DNA of 64,000 bases, from contig NC_042999.1 of NCBI RefSeq assembly GCF_006345805.1, forward strand, positions 116,250,001 through 116,314,000. The letters are read 5' to 3'. The DNA comes from Octopus sinensis. Lineage: Eukaryota. Position 1 is the stretch's first letter. The number at the start of each line of letters is the position of its first letter. A program made the position numbers and the translations under genes. The notes under the pieces are model-generated. The model was given only the letters and a program-made list of their open reading frames with translations, did no database searches and had not been told where the DNA came from. This document shows positions 54,085 through 64,000 of the stretch, in pieces.

Positions 54085-54980
54085 ACTTGGAAATGGATGC
54101 GTGGCATTCGATCATATAATAATATAAATAATATATAAGTATATGCATATACACATATATGTATATTCCTACATATATATGTATGTATACATGCATATAT
54201 GGGTACAGGACATTAAAAAGATGTGAACAAAAAGAGAAACAACATGAAAACATAGAAAACGAACTTTTTTCGAACAACCAAAGAAACAAATAGAGAAACG
54301 AGACAGGCAGTGTAAAGAACATTCCCTTCATCAGTTGTCCCCTGTTTTATCTACTCCGCGTTTCGAAAGTAGGGACTAGACGCAACTTCATTAAAACAGT
54401 CCTTCCCGCAAAGCATATTAAATAAAATTTGGGATTTTTTGCAGTGGGTGAAAGTGGTAATAAAAACTGGACAGTGAGAACAAAACAGTAAAAACAAACG
54501 GTGTGGGCTGTTAAAGCAAGAAGATGTGAAGTGATGAACGCTGGAAAACGAGCTTTGGGCAGAGACAGGTAAAAGCACGTCTTGTCTTTTGGAAGGAAGT
54601 GGAAGAAAGAAAATGCATAGCCGTTGGTGACGTGTGAGCAACGAGAGAGTCAAGGAGGAAGAGCGAGAGAGAGAGAGGGAACAGTGAAGGGGAGAGGAGA
54701 AGAATAGGCAAAGGTTGGGAGAGAAAAACAGAAAGGAAGAACGAGAGCGAGAGATAGAAAGAATAGAGATAGAATAAGAGTGTGCATCGTAATTATTAAG
54801 ATAAAACTTACTTGGAAATGGATGCGTTATGTTCAATCCTATAATAATATAAATAATATATAAGTATATACATATATACATGCATATATGTACATACCTA
54901 CATATATATGTATATATACATGCATATATTGGTACAGGACATTAAAATAAACGTGAACAAAAAGAGAAACGAGAACATAA

Positions 54981-54985
<5 letters not shown>
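54085..54985 (-). mobile_element. Partial tandem repeat (~170-bp direct repeats, ~725-bp period), Penelope-like organisation
   Basis: acttggaaatggatgcgt...gtacaggacattaaaa...gtgaacaaaaagagaaac at 54085-54240 and 54810-54970. Confidence 0.55.
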
Positions 54986-55012
<27 letters not shown>

Positions 55013-55050
55013 GTAGGTATGTACATATTATATATATTTATATACATACA

Positions 55051-55084
<34 letters not shown>

Positions 55085-56164
55085 CATACATACATACATG
55101 CATACATACATACATACATACATATATATATAAATGCACTCACACACATACATATAAATACATATATTAGATGTATATGTGCTTGTGTGCGTGTGTATGC
55201 GTGCGTGCACGGGTATTTGTGTATGTGTGTGTATGATAAGTAGATAGTGTTAAGTAGTAATGCATATAAACACGCACAGCATAATTGAACACATAAAAGA
55301 ATCCATGATGCGAGTCAGATTCGGGGACAAAAGTTTAAAATCCACCGCTACTTTCCTTCATTCTTCCTTCTTTCGTACATGTCTTTCTTGTTTTCATTCA
55401 TTCACCCATTCATTCATTCATTTATTCCTTCATCCATCCATCCATCCGTCCATCTATTCAACCATTCATTCATTGATTCATTTTTCTTTCTTTCTTCTCA
55501 TCCTCTTTTTGTCATCCCCACCCCGCTCAACTTAAGTGTTGAACAAATTGTATGCATTAATACGGGTGTTTGTGGGGTATTTGTTGTTGTATGTATGTGT
55601 GCGATTAGGTTTACGTATGGATGCGGGATACTCTTCTGACAAATACAGCATACATAGGCTTTAGTTAAACTCCCCAGTAATGATCGATGCCATATTTTCC
55701 CTAGTACCAAGCATGTCGAGAAAATGAAATGAAATGAAATAAATAAGCGAACTTTAGGTTTGTGGCATATTTCAGCTTCTAACAGTAACTTCACTGCAGT
55801 TATCCGATTTCCAGGCGCAGCGTTTCTAGCTCTTTTGCTTTCCTCAATGGGAAATACGGAAGGGAGGTTACCCTGCGCAAATTTAGAGCGGTAGCTTTAA
55901 CTAAAGAACAGTCAACAACATTGACTGAGTTGTGCTATTGGGCTGACCAGTCAGGAGAAATTCAACAGTATCAGTGACAAGCAATGTTTAGGCATAAGCG
56001 AAATATGTTTGTGACATAAATAACACTACAATCTTTACTACAAGTAATTTACGCCCTTTTATCTCATGCAAATACCTCACTGTTACCCTGTACACTTCAC
56101 ATTTGTATTGTTGCTAACACTTTTTGAATCCTGGTGGCCAATTTAAAAGAAAAATGGTTGAATA

Positions 56165-56455
56165 GTTAGAGCACCGGAAGAAATGCCTTGTGGTGCTTCG
56201 TTCTGAGCTCAAATCCCACCGAAGGCGACTTTGCCTTTGCGTTAGTTTGAGGCTCTCCTGTACCAGGAGAACTGCACCATCTATGCATTCACTATTTCGG
56301 GATCGATAAAATAAAATACCAGTCGAGGACTAGGGTCGATGATATCGAGTAATCACTTCGCCTCAAAACTGCTGGCCTTGTGCTTTAAATTACTCGTTGT
56401 TGTTATTGTTTGACGCTCTCCTGTATCAGGAGGATTGTATCATCTATGCGTTCAC
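56165..56455 (+). mobile_element. SINE-A split by a 48-bp segment that recurs after its tail
   Basis: 56245-56292 versus 56408-56455, 41/48 identical. Confidence 0.75.
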
Positions 56456-56469
56456 ATATTTTACAGACT

Positions 56470-56835
56470 ATTCTTTTATCTGTTTCGGTAATTTGACTGC
56501 CTCCATGCTGGAGCACTGTTTTGAAGGGTTTTTTTTAGTCGAACAAATCGACTTCAGAACTTATATTTTTTAAGCCTAGTACTTATTCGGTCTCTATTGC
56601 CAGACCGCTAAGTTATGGGGACGTAAACAAACCAGCACCGGCTGTCAAGCGGTGAGGGAGGTACAGCCACAAAGACAAGAGCACACACATAGAAACATAT
56701 ACACATTTATATACGACAGGCTTCTTTCAGTTTCCATCTGCCAAATCCACTCACAAAGTTTTGGTTGGCTCGAGGCTACAGTAGAAGACACTTGCCCAAG
56801 GTGCCAGGCAGTGGGGTTGAATCCGGAGCCATATG
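56470..56835 (-). mobile_element. SINE-B
   Basis: Similarity to other copies. Confidence 0.88.
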
Positions 56836-56839
56836 AAAT

Positions 56840-58165
56840 ATGAGTAAAATGATAAGCAAGTGGAAAGCAGCAGGACCTGATAGTGTACAGGGATTTTGGA
56901 TAAAAAAATTCAGTAGTTGCCATAAATTGATTGCAGAGCAATTTAATGCATTGATCAATGAAAGAGAAAAAATCCCGGGTTAGTTGACACAAGGACGAAC
57001 GGTGTTGTGTCTGAAGGCTACATCAAAGGGAAATGCCGCTGACAATTACAGGTCACTTTCTCAGAAATTGCTGAAGAACTGTACGAATTTCCTGATGAGA
57101 ACGATATATTACCTATGGAACAAAAAGGCTGTAGAAGGAAATAAAGAGGTACCAAAAATCAATTATTGATAGACAAAATGGTACTGCAAGATTGTAAACG
57201 AAAGAGAACAAATCTGGGAATGGCTTGGATTGACTATCGCAAAGCTTATGGTGTGATTCCACATTCGTAGATAATCGAGTGCTGTGATCTGTTTGGAATT
57301 GCGATGAATGTAACGTGTTTTCTGAACAGAAGTATGGTGGGGTGGAAAACTGAACTGACATCTTACGGAAAAGGCTTGGGCACCCCGGGTATCAGAAGAA
57401 TAATTTTCCAGTGATAGCTTATATTCGTTGCTTTTTGTTCCCTGCATGATACACCTGAGCTTGATACTTAGGAAAATGAACCGGGGGTACCAACTAAAGG
57501 GAAAATCCCAAACAATCAACCTCCTCCTCTTCATGAATGATTTGAAACTGTATGGCAAGGATGAGACACAAGTGAGTTCCTTGGTGAGTACGGTCCACTG
57601 TTTTATTGCTGATATTAGAATGGAATTTGGACTCAAGAAGTGCAGAAAAATCTACCTAAAAGGAGGTAAGGCACAGTCCACAGCAGGGATAGAATTAGCG
57701 AATAGAGACTTGATTAAACAAATTGAAACGGTAGGCTACAAATGCCTTGGTGTACTAGAGTTCAACAAGATAATGGAGAAGGAAATGAAAGAGCAACTGA
57801 GGAAGTAAAATTTCCGAAGACTAAAAATTGCGCTAAAAATTGACCGGATGGAATAAAATCCAAGCATTATTACATGGGCGATAGCATCATTTCGATATGG
57901 GGCGGGAATGATAAAATGGTAAAAGAGAGAAATGAAGAAAATGAATACCAAGAAGTATCAACACACAACTACCAGCTTGACTAAAAAAGATTGGTAGAAG
58001 TGAGAAAGTAGAACACCTACAAAAATCAGCATTGCTTGGAACTGCAAGAATTCTTTGCAGGGTTCTAGAAGCATGACCAGAAAACAAGTGTCACCTTAGT
58101 CTACTGGCTGTAGGTAGCTGACACTTTCCATCATACCCATCAAAAGAAACTGAGTTTTCATATAA
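56840..58165 (+). mobile_element. R4/Dong-type LINE: RT domain joined directly to the extreme C-terminus and 3' UTR (Dong-D-like), internally deleted
   Basis: [75 protein letters not shown]; then VEHLQKSALLGTARIL and a UTR resembling 11160-11200. Confidence 0.9.
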
Positions 58166-58175
58166 CAACAGCAAC

Positions 58176-58209
<34 letters not shown>

Positions 58210-58218
58210 GTAGTAGTA

Positions 58219-58271
<53 letters not shown>

Positions 58272-58288
58272 ATAATAATAGTAATAAT

Positions 58289-59088
58289 GGAGCATCATAG
58301 CCATGTGTTGAGAGGGATTCTTTGGGGTTTGAATAATTCACCTCTGGAAACATGGGTGGTTCTTTCAACGTCCTTAAACAACCCTTATTCAGGGACCTTT
58401 TGAGCAGGATGGGCTACTCAACCTGAAGAAATTTCTAACTGGGCCCCACCTGCAAGGTCATGTGCTGTTTATCTTGATATGAGATCACCATGTCGCGCAC
58501 ATATGGTTGTGATGCATGTGCCTGGTGTACCCTTATCAGACGGGTAGTCATGATGGGTATATTGGGCTTCGTATATTTTACCCCAGTGTCACTTTGATGG
58601 CATGAACTGCTCTCTCACTCAATAATAATAATAACTGATTGGAAGTGTTATCGTGTACGTTGTTTTGTCTTGGTATAAAAGATGGGCTACAGTAAATATT
58701 CTGCTCAATACCACAGACTTGTCAGTTGTTTGACCTTAGTGGTTGACAATATGTGCATCTCTGATCTCGAGCAGAAGTAGTTGAGGAACATCATAGCGTG
58801 TGTTGAGAGGAATTCTTTGGGGTTTGGATAATTAACTTTTGGAAACATGGGTGTTTTGTTCAACATCCTCTGAGCGGGGCGGGATACTCCCCCTGAAGAA
58901 AATTCTGACTGGGCCCCACCTGCAAAGTCATGCGCTGTTTATCTTGATATGAGATCACCATGTCGTGCACATATGGTTGTGATGCATGTGTCTGGTGTAC
59001 TCTTATCAGACGGGTAGTCATGATGAGTATACTGGGCTTCATATATTTTACCCCAGTGTCACTTTGATGGCATGCGCTGGTTTCACTC
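58289..59088 (+). mobile_element. Two 5'-truncated copies of the ~555-bp element (58289-58620, 58633-59088)
   Basis: Both end ...cactc(aat)n; their 5' breakpoints differ. Confidence 0.9.
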
Positions 59089-59104
59089 AATAATAATAGT
59101 AATA

Positions 59105-59806
59105 GGCATCAAGAGGAATATAAAAGGAAATTGGAATAGAGTGCCCAGTAGAACTATTGCAAAAGGTTTGCCTTCTTGGAATGGCCAGAATAATCAGGAA
59201 AGTATCAGATAGCTGATACCGTAGGCATAGTACCGTAGGCTTCAGGTAGCAAGCCCGTTAGCGAACTTTTTCCCACGAGAGTTCCGGACCCCATTTATAA
59301 GCTCATTTGTATACAGCCAATCAGAGCTCAACTATCAAGCTAATTTATGAGCGCATAACAAGTGATGGGCGATAACATAAGGTCACTTGGGCAAGAAATG
59401 CCCATGTTTCTTTTGTCTTTTAATAACGCTTGTTGTTCTTGTTCTTGTTTCAACCATGGATGCCTCTGCATAGTTATTTGAATTGTTGTTTACTTTGTAA
59501 AACAGTAAGGGGAGAGGGTTGCTAGCACTTCACTCTCCACCCACATTTTTCCCATCCACATCCTTACCACATGGGGGTCCTAACAAAATCCGATAATAGG
59601 TATAGATGCAAATCTATCTAATTATTTGTCTCCTTCTAAACTCAGGCATAACCTTATCAACAAAGTCAAGGTGAGCTCTGATTGTCTGTATGCGAATGAG
59701 TTCATTACTGGGGTCCAGAACTCTCGTGGGAAAAAACAATTTCGCAACCCGCTATGCATGCAAGACTCTTGGAGTTCCAATAAAACCTGTGATAAAAAGA
59801 AATAAT
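59105..59806 (+). mobile_element. Dong-A extreme 3' end, split by a MITE
   Basis: 59105-59260 and 59755-59806 rejoin to match 9400-9594. Confidence 0.85.
59261..59745. mobile_element. 485-bp Mutator-like MITE with ~70-bp TIRs and a 9-bp TSD
   Basis: Termini gcgaa...ttcgc; TIR ttttcccacgagagttcYggacccca...caatcagagctca; TSD agcccgtta / aacccgcta (7/9). Confidence 0.8.
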
Positions 59807-59999
59807 AGTGATGATGTTGATGATTTCATTTATTTGCCACCTGGGCGAAGGATAAGGGGGCCACTACAAAAACACACAAATTATTGAAGTTTACATATAA
59901 TGAAATGATAAAATATATAAATAAAAAAACAAAAATAAAGAAGTAAGTATACATAGCACACACTGAAAAGGAAGGGAAATATACATAGCGTATAAAGGT

Positions 60000-60375
60000 A
60001 AAAAAATGGTTTCACATTTTGGTACAAGACCAGGAACTTTTCAGGGAAGTGGAAAGTCGATGAGACCACTCTCCCTCACGCCCACTTCTTGTACGCTTGT
60101 TCAAACGCGGGTCAGCTTCAGTGTTATTAGCTTTGCTTTTTCCCTCTTCTTGTACTTATTTTACCGACCCCGAAAAGAAGAAAGGCTAAGTCTACCTCGA
60201 TGGAATTTGAACTCAGAATGGCCAAATCCCGCCCAGGTCTACTTCACTTTTCATTTCTCTGAGGTCAATAAAATAAAATAAAGTACCAAGTTCTAGGGTC
60301 GTTGTATCCAATAACTTTCTCCCCTAAAACAAACAAATAAAAAAAAATGCTGACCTTGTGCTTAAGTTAGAATCT
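60000..60375. mobile_element. SINE-A (-, 60000-60225) split by a 91-bp copy of 60726-60816, abutting an inverted SINE-A piece (+, 60240-60375)
   Basis: Direct alignment by eye. Confidence 0.75.
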
Positions 60376-61423
60376 ATTATTATTGTGACATTCTACTTAG
60401 AGCACTCCTCTTACAAAACCTAAGTCGCAGTTTTAATCCCTTTTTATAAGAAGAACAGCAACAACAACTTGTTTACCTGAACGAGTGTTTATTTACCTGT
60501 GACACTGTGAACTTCGTGTTTGTGTGTGAGTGCGCGTGAACGCACGCATGCGTGTTTGTGTGTGTGTATGTATATATGAGAGCCGATTCCTGTTTGAACG
60601 TATGTATATTAATTATTCGTCCGTTTATGTGTGTGCGTGTGTGTGTGTGCGTACGCATGTTTATAATTTATTTATTTATACCTGTAATGGCAGTTAGCGT
60701 CAGCACAGTTTGCTCTGCGATGCATTGAGACCACTCTCCCTCACGCCTACTTCTTGTACGCTTGTTCAAACGCGGGTCAGCTTCAGTATTATTAGCTTTG
60801 CTTTTTCCCTCTTCTTTTTTTTTTTCTCTTTATTAATAAACAAAATACACACAACGCTACAAACAAAAAGAATACAAAAACAAATACAGGAAAAATAAAA
60901 CAAATATGTAAACAAAAATAACAATAACACACATCTAAAAGCCTCTCAGACCCCATTCATCAAACTTGCTGACATCGGAAAACATCACTGCTATATAAAA
61001 GGTGTGTCGATTGTTTGGGAAGGAATATGTGATGGTGGTGGTGGCGGTGGCGGTGGTGGATAGTGTGTAGGCGATTCGGTCAAACTACTTGGGTGAGGTG
61101 CATTCCGTGGTCGGGTAGCTAGGTAGCTGGGTGGCTGGGTGAGTGACTAGATGGTTGAATATTGAGGTGGAGAGAAATGAAAGAAGGGTGGTTGGTTTCC
61201 GTCGGGTATTTTTCAAAAGACTTGAAGAGTAGGGACTATACATACATACATAAATACATAAATACATACATACATTAAAAAATACATACGTAAATGTATG
61301 TATGTATGTATGTATGTATTTTATTGTCATGTAGAGAAGAAAAAGCGTGACAAATGTGTCAACTGATGGGTTGGTACAGCTTGGGTGGTAGGTGAAAAAG
61401 AAAGAAAATAATGATGATTATAA

Positions 61424-61454
<31 letters not shown>

Positions 61455-61608
61455 CATCGTCGTCGTGGTGGTGGTGGTGGTGGCGGCGGTGGTGGTGTTG
61501 GTGTTGGTAGTGGTGATGGTGGTGGTGATGTTGCTCGCGAAAATATCGGGGACGGTAGTGGATGAACAATGAAAACAATAGGCGCTTTAAAACGAGGTAC
61601 ACTATATG

Positions 61609-62153
61609 TACACTTGACCAGTAAAGTAAGTAGGGGACATTTCTATAAATGATGGGTTTTAAACTAAGAAGCCCAATAATTAAAATGAACGTAATTCTCA
61701 GAAATACCTTGTGGTGCTTGTGAGTTTTTGCATGTCATATATATATGCATATGTATGAATGCACCCACACGCTATATGATCTAAGCGTCTTAAAATGTTT
61801 TCAGTGGTGTAGAATTTACAATGTAATTATTCTTTTTCATTCCAGATGCCATTATATTAAGCATTTGCGAAGAGTAACCATGCCACGCACAAAAAAATTC
61901 AGCAGAACTGTCAGATTTTCAAAGAGGTCGTATTGTTGGGCAATCTGAGCCAGCGAAAAATTGCTGAAAATCTTCAAATTCCTCTTGTTACTGTTAATAG
62001 AATTATAGCGCAATTCAAAAGCCAAGGAAAAGAATCAACAGATTCTCGTCCCGGCCCATCTGGACCTTCGGAAAGGAAGCTTCGCTCTTTGAAGAGAATT
62101 GTGGAAAACGAACCCCGTTCGAAGGCATCTCACATTGCAAAACAGGTGATGTA
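61609..62153 (+). mobile_element. Tc1 5' fragment, same family as 39336-40335
   Basis: [42 protein letters not shown]. Confidence 0.88.
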
Positions 62154-62199
62154 GACAACAAACAGATGTATTAGTTTAACGCTCGGGAAAAGAAAAAGT

Positions 62200-62235
62200 C
62201 TTTAACGTTTCGAATCTATGCTCCTCCACAGAAAG
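62200..62235 (-). ncRNA. Minimal hammerhead ribozyme-like motif (degenerate) in a Penelope-type repeat (62160-62267)
   Basis: CTTT-CTGTGGA-G-GAGC(ATAG)ATTC-GAAAC-GTT-AAAG. Confidence 0.5.
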
Positions 62236-62267
62236 GAACGCAGAAAGAAACAAGGAGAGAAAATAAG

Positions 62268-62307
<40 letters not shown>

Positions 62308-62378
62308 GTGTGTGTGGTGTGTGTGTGTTTGTGTGCGTGTGTGTTCCTACCACCAGCGTCACTTGACAACTGATATTG

Positions 62379-62460
<82 letters not shown>

Positions 62461-62565
62461 GTGTTCCTACCCCAGCGTCACTTGACAACTGATATTGTTG
62501 TGTTTACGTCTCCGAAACTTAGCCGTTTGGCAAAATATTCCGATAAAATAAGTATTAGGCTTACA

Positions 62566-63123
62566 AAGGCTTTGTGTAGCCTTTGTGGTGTTAACAACTA
62601 GCTAACATAGATGTATTAAAATACAGTGTCTTTGACAATAATAAGAAAATGTTAAGAGAGGCATAGTGATTAAACAGTTTACATAAAAGTATTCAAAATA
62701 GGCAGTAAAATAATTAATAATTGTTTAATAAGTTCATCAGAAATCATTATTGTTTATAAGTACATATACAGAAAGAATTTGTAGACAGTATTTTATACAA
62801 GGCTGGGGATGAAGAAAAGAAGGTTGATCATTGGTCATACCTCTAAAATCCTTATAAATAGTTATGAGTTCCGATGAAACAATACACGCTTTCTCCTCTC
62901 AAATACTGTCTACAAATTCTTTCTGTAAATATGGTGATAAACATTTATAATTTCTGATGAACTTATAAACTTATTTTATTGCCTATTTTGAACACTTTTA
63001 TGTAAGCTGTTTAAACACAAAGCCTCTCTTAACATTTTCTTATCATTGCCAAAGACTCATCATTGTATTTTGATATATATATGTTAACTAATCTTTAATG
63101 CCACAAAAGCTACACAAAGCCTT
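62566..63123. mobile_element. ~558-bp fold-back MITE with ~225-bp TIRs, inserted in a SINE-B tail
   Basis: Arms 62566-62793 and 62901-63123; termini aaggctttgtgtagc / gctacacaaagcctt. Confidence 0.88.
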
Positions 63124-63643
63124 GCACTTTACCTTTGAAAATCTTTTTTTAAAAAAGGGAACCCAGTCAAGTCAATAAACAGCTTTGAAAGACCTCTGTA
63201 TTTTCAAATCCTCTTCCCTATATGTGTGTGCCGAAAAGTTCCTTGCTTTAAGTGTGTCGTGAAAGGCCTGGTTGAAGGCCCAAACTTTCGTGTTATTTTA
63301 CAGTATTTATCGAAACTGGAGGACTACTTTAATAAGTATGTGAATTTGAAGGGAATATGTTGAATGAAATCATCATTAACTCATCCTTCTCAAAGCTAGG
63401 GACTTCTCAGCAAGCCCTAGTATATATATGTGTGTATATGCGCGCGCGCGCGCGTGTGTGTTTGTTCGCAACCACCGCTTGACAATCGGTGTTGATTTGT
63501 TTACTTTCCCATATCTTAGCGGTTCGGCAAACGAGAATGATACCATAAGTACGAGGTTTTAAAAATAATTATTAGGCTCGATCCATTCGACTAAAATCTT
63601 TCAGAGGTGTGCTCCAGCATGGCCGCAGTCTTATGTATGTATG

Positions 63644-64000
63644 TACAAAGGTTGGACAAAATAATGGAAACACCTTAAAATTTCAAACAAATTTGTTTTT
63701 ATATGAGTAGGACCGCCTTTGGCAATAATTACAGCTTGAATTCTACGAGGTATGGACTCGTTTGAATTGATTCCAAAGGAATTTTTGTCCATTCTTCAGC
63801 TAAAACAGTCTCCAGTTTTTGTAGTCATGATGGTGGAGGATATCCTTGTTTTTCTAAAATGCACCATAAATGTTCAATAATATTGAGATCTGGGGACTGT
63901 GGTGGCCAGATACGATGTTCAACTTCACTAGAATGTTCCTCATGCTATTCAGTAACAAATTTAGCTGTGTGAATTGGTACATTATCATCCTGAAAGATTG
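63644..64000 (-). mobile_element. Tc1 3' end (right TIR with TA and catalytic C-terminus), inserted in a SINE-B tail (63470-63630)
   Basis: IFQDDNVPIHTAKFVTE*HEEHSSEVEHRIWPPQSPDLNIIEHLW; TIR ta-caaaggttggacaaaataatggaaacac. Confidence 0.92.

Noticed and set aside
54310-54390. GAAAC...CTGATGA on the minus strand as a type II hammerhead
   Set aside because: Stem I cannot be formed and stem II needs several G-U pairs
55830-55900. Faint resemblance to the U1 snRNA 3' half
   Set aside because: Only two short patches match; no 5' ATACTTACCTG and spacing is wrong

Overview
This is eukaryotic, AT-rich, microsatellite-saturated DNA with no intact protein-coding gene, rRNA, tRNA gene or CRISPR array that I can support. 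The tRNA-derived SINE families, the very high CA/TA/TATG/TAA repeat load and the mix of LINE clades point to a cephalopod, most likely Octopus, intronic or intergenic region (inference, not database-verified). Most of the window is a layered transposon graveyard: L1/Tx1, CR1-group, RTE, HERO-like and at least four R4/Dong-type (restriction-like endonuclease, RLE) LINE lineages, three Tc1 pieces, a hAT transposase pseudogene, several MITEs and about 40 SINE pieces. Family labels SINE-A/B/C and Dong-A to D are my working names. All long ORFs in the supplied track made of HTHT/YVCM/poly-I/poly-L are microsatellite artefacts. Strongest leads: (1) a (TAA)n-targeted retroelement community of several Dong/R4 lineages plus a ~555-bp non-coding, non-tRNA retroposon that looks like their non-autonomous passenger; (2) two minimal hammerhead-ribozyme motifs in Penelope-type repeats, plus three fold-back palindromes carrying similar cores; (3) a half-L1-like element keeping ORF1 but lacking nearly all of ORF2; (4) a unique island at ~35.3 kb with CRE + RFX X-box motifs and splice signals; (5) a candidate minus-strand exon at 24.2-24.5 kb; (6) two SINEs split by copies of nearby sequence. 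Coordinates were read by eye and repeat boundaries may be off by tens of bases.
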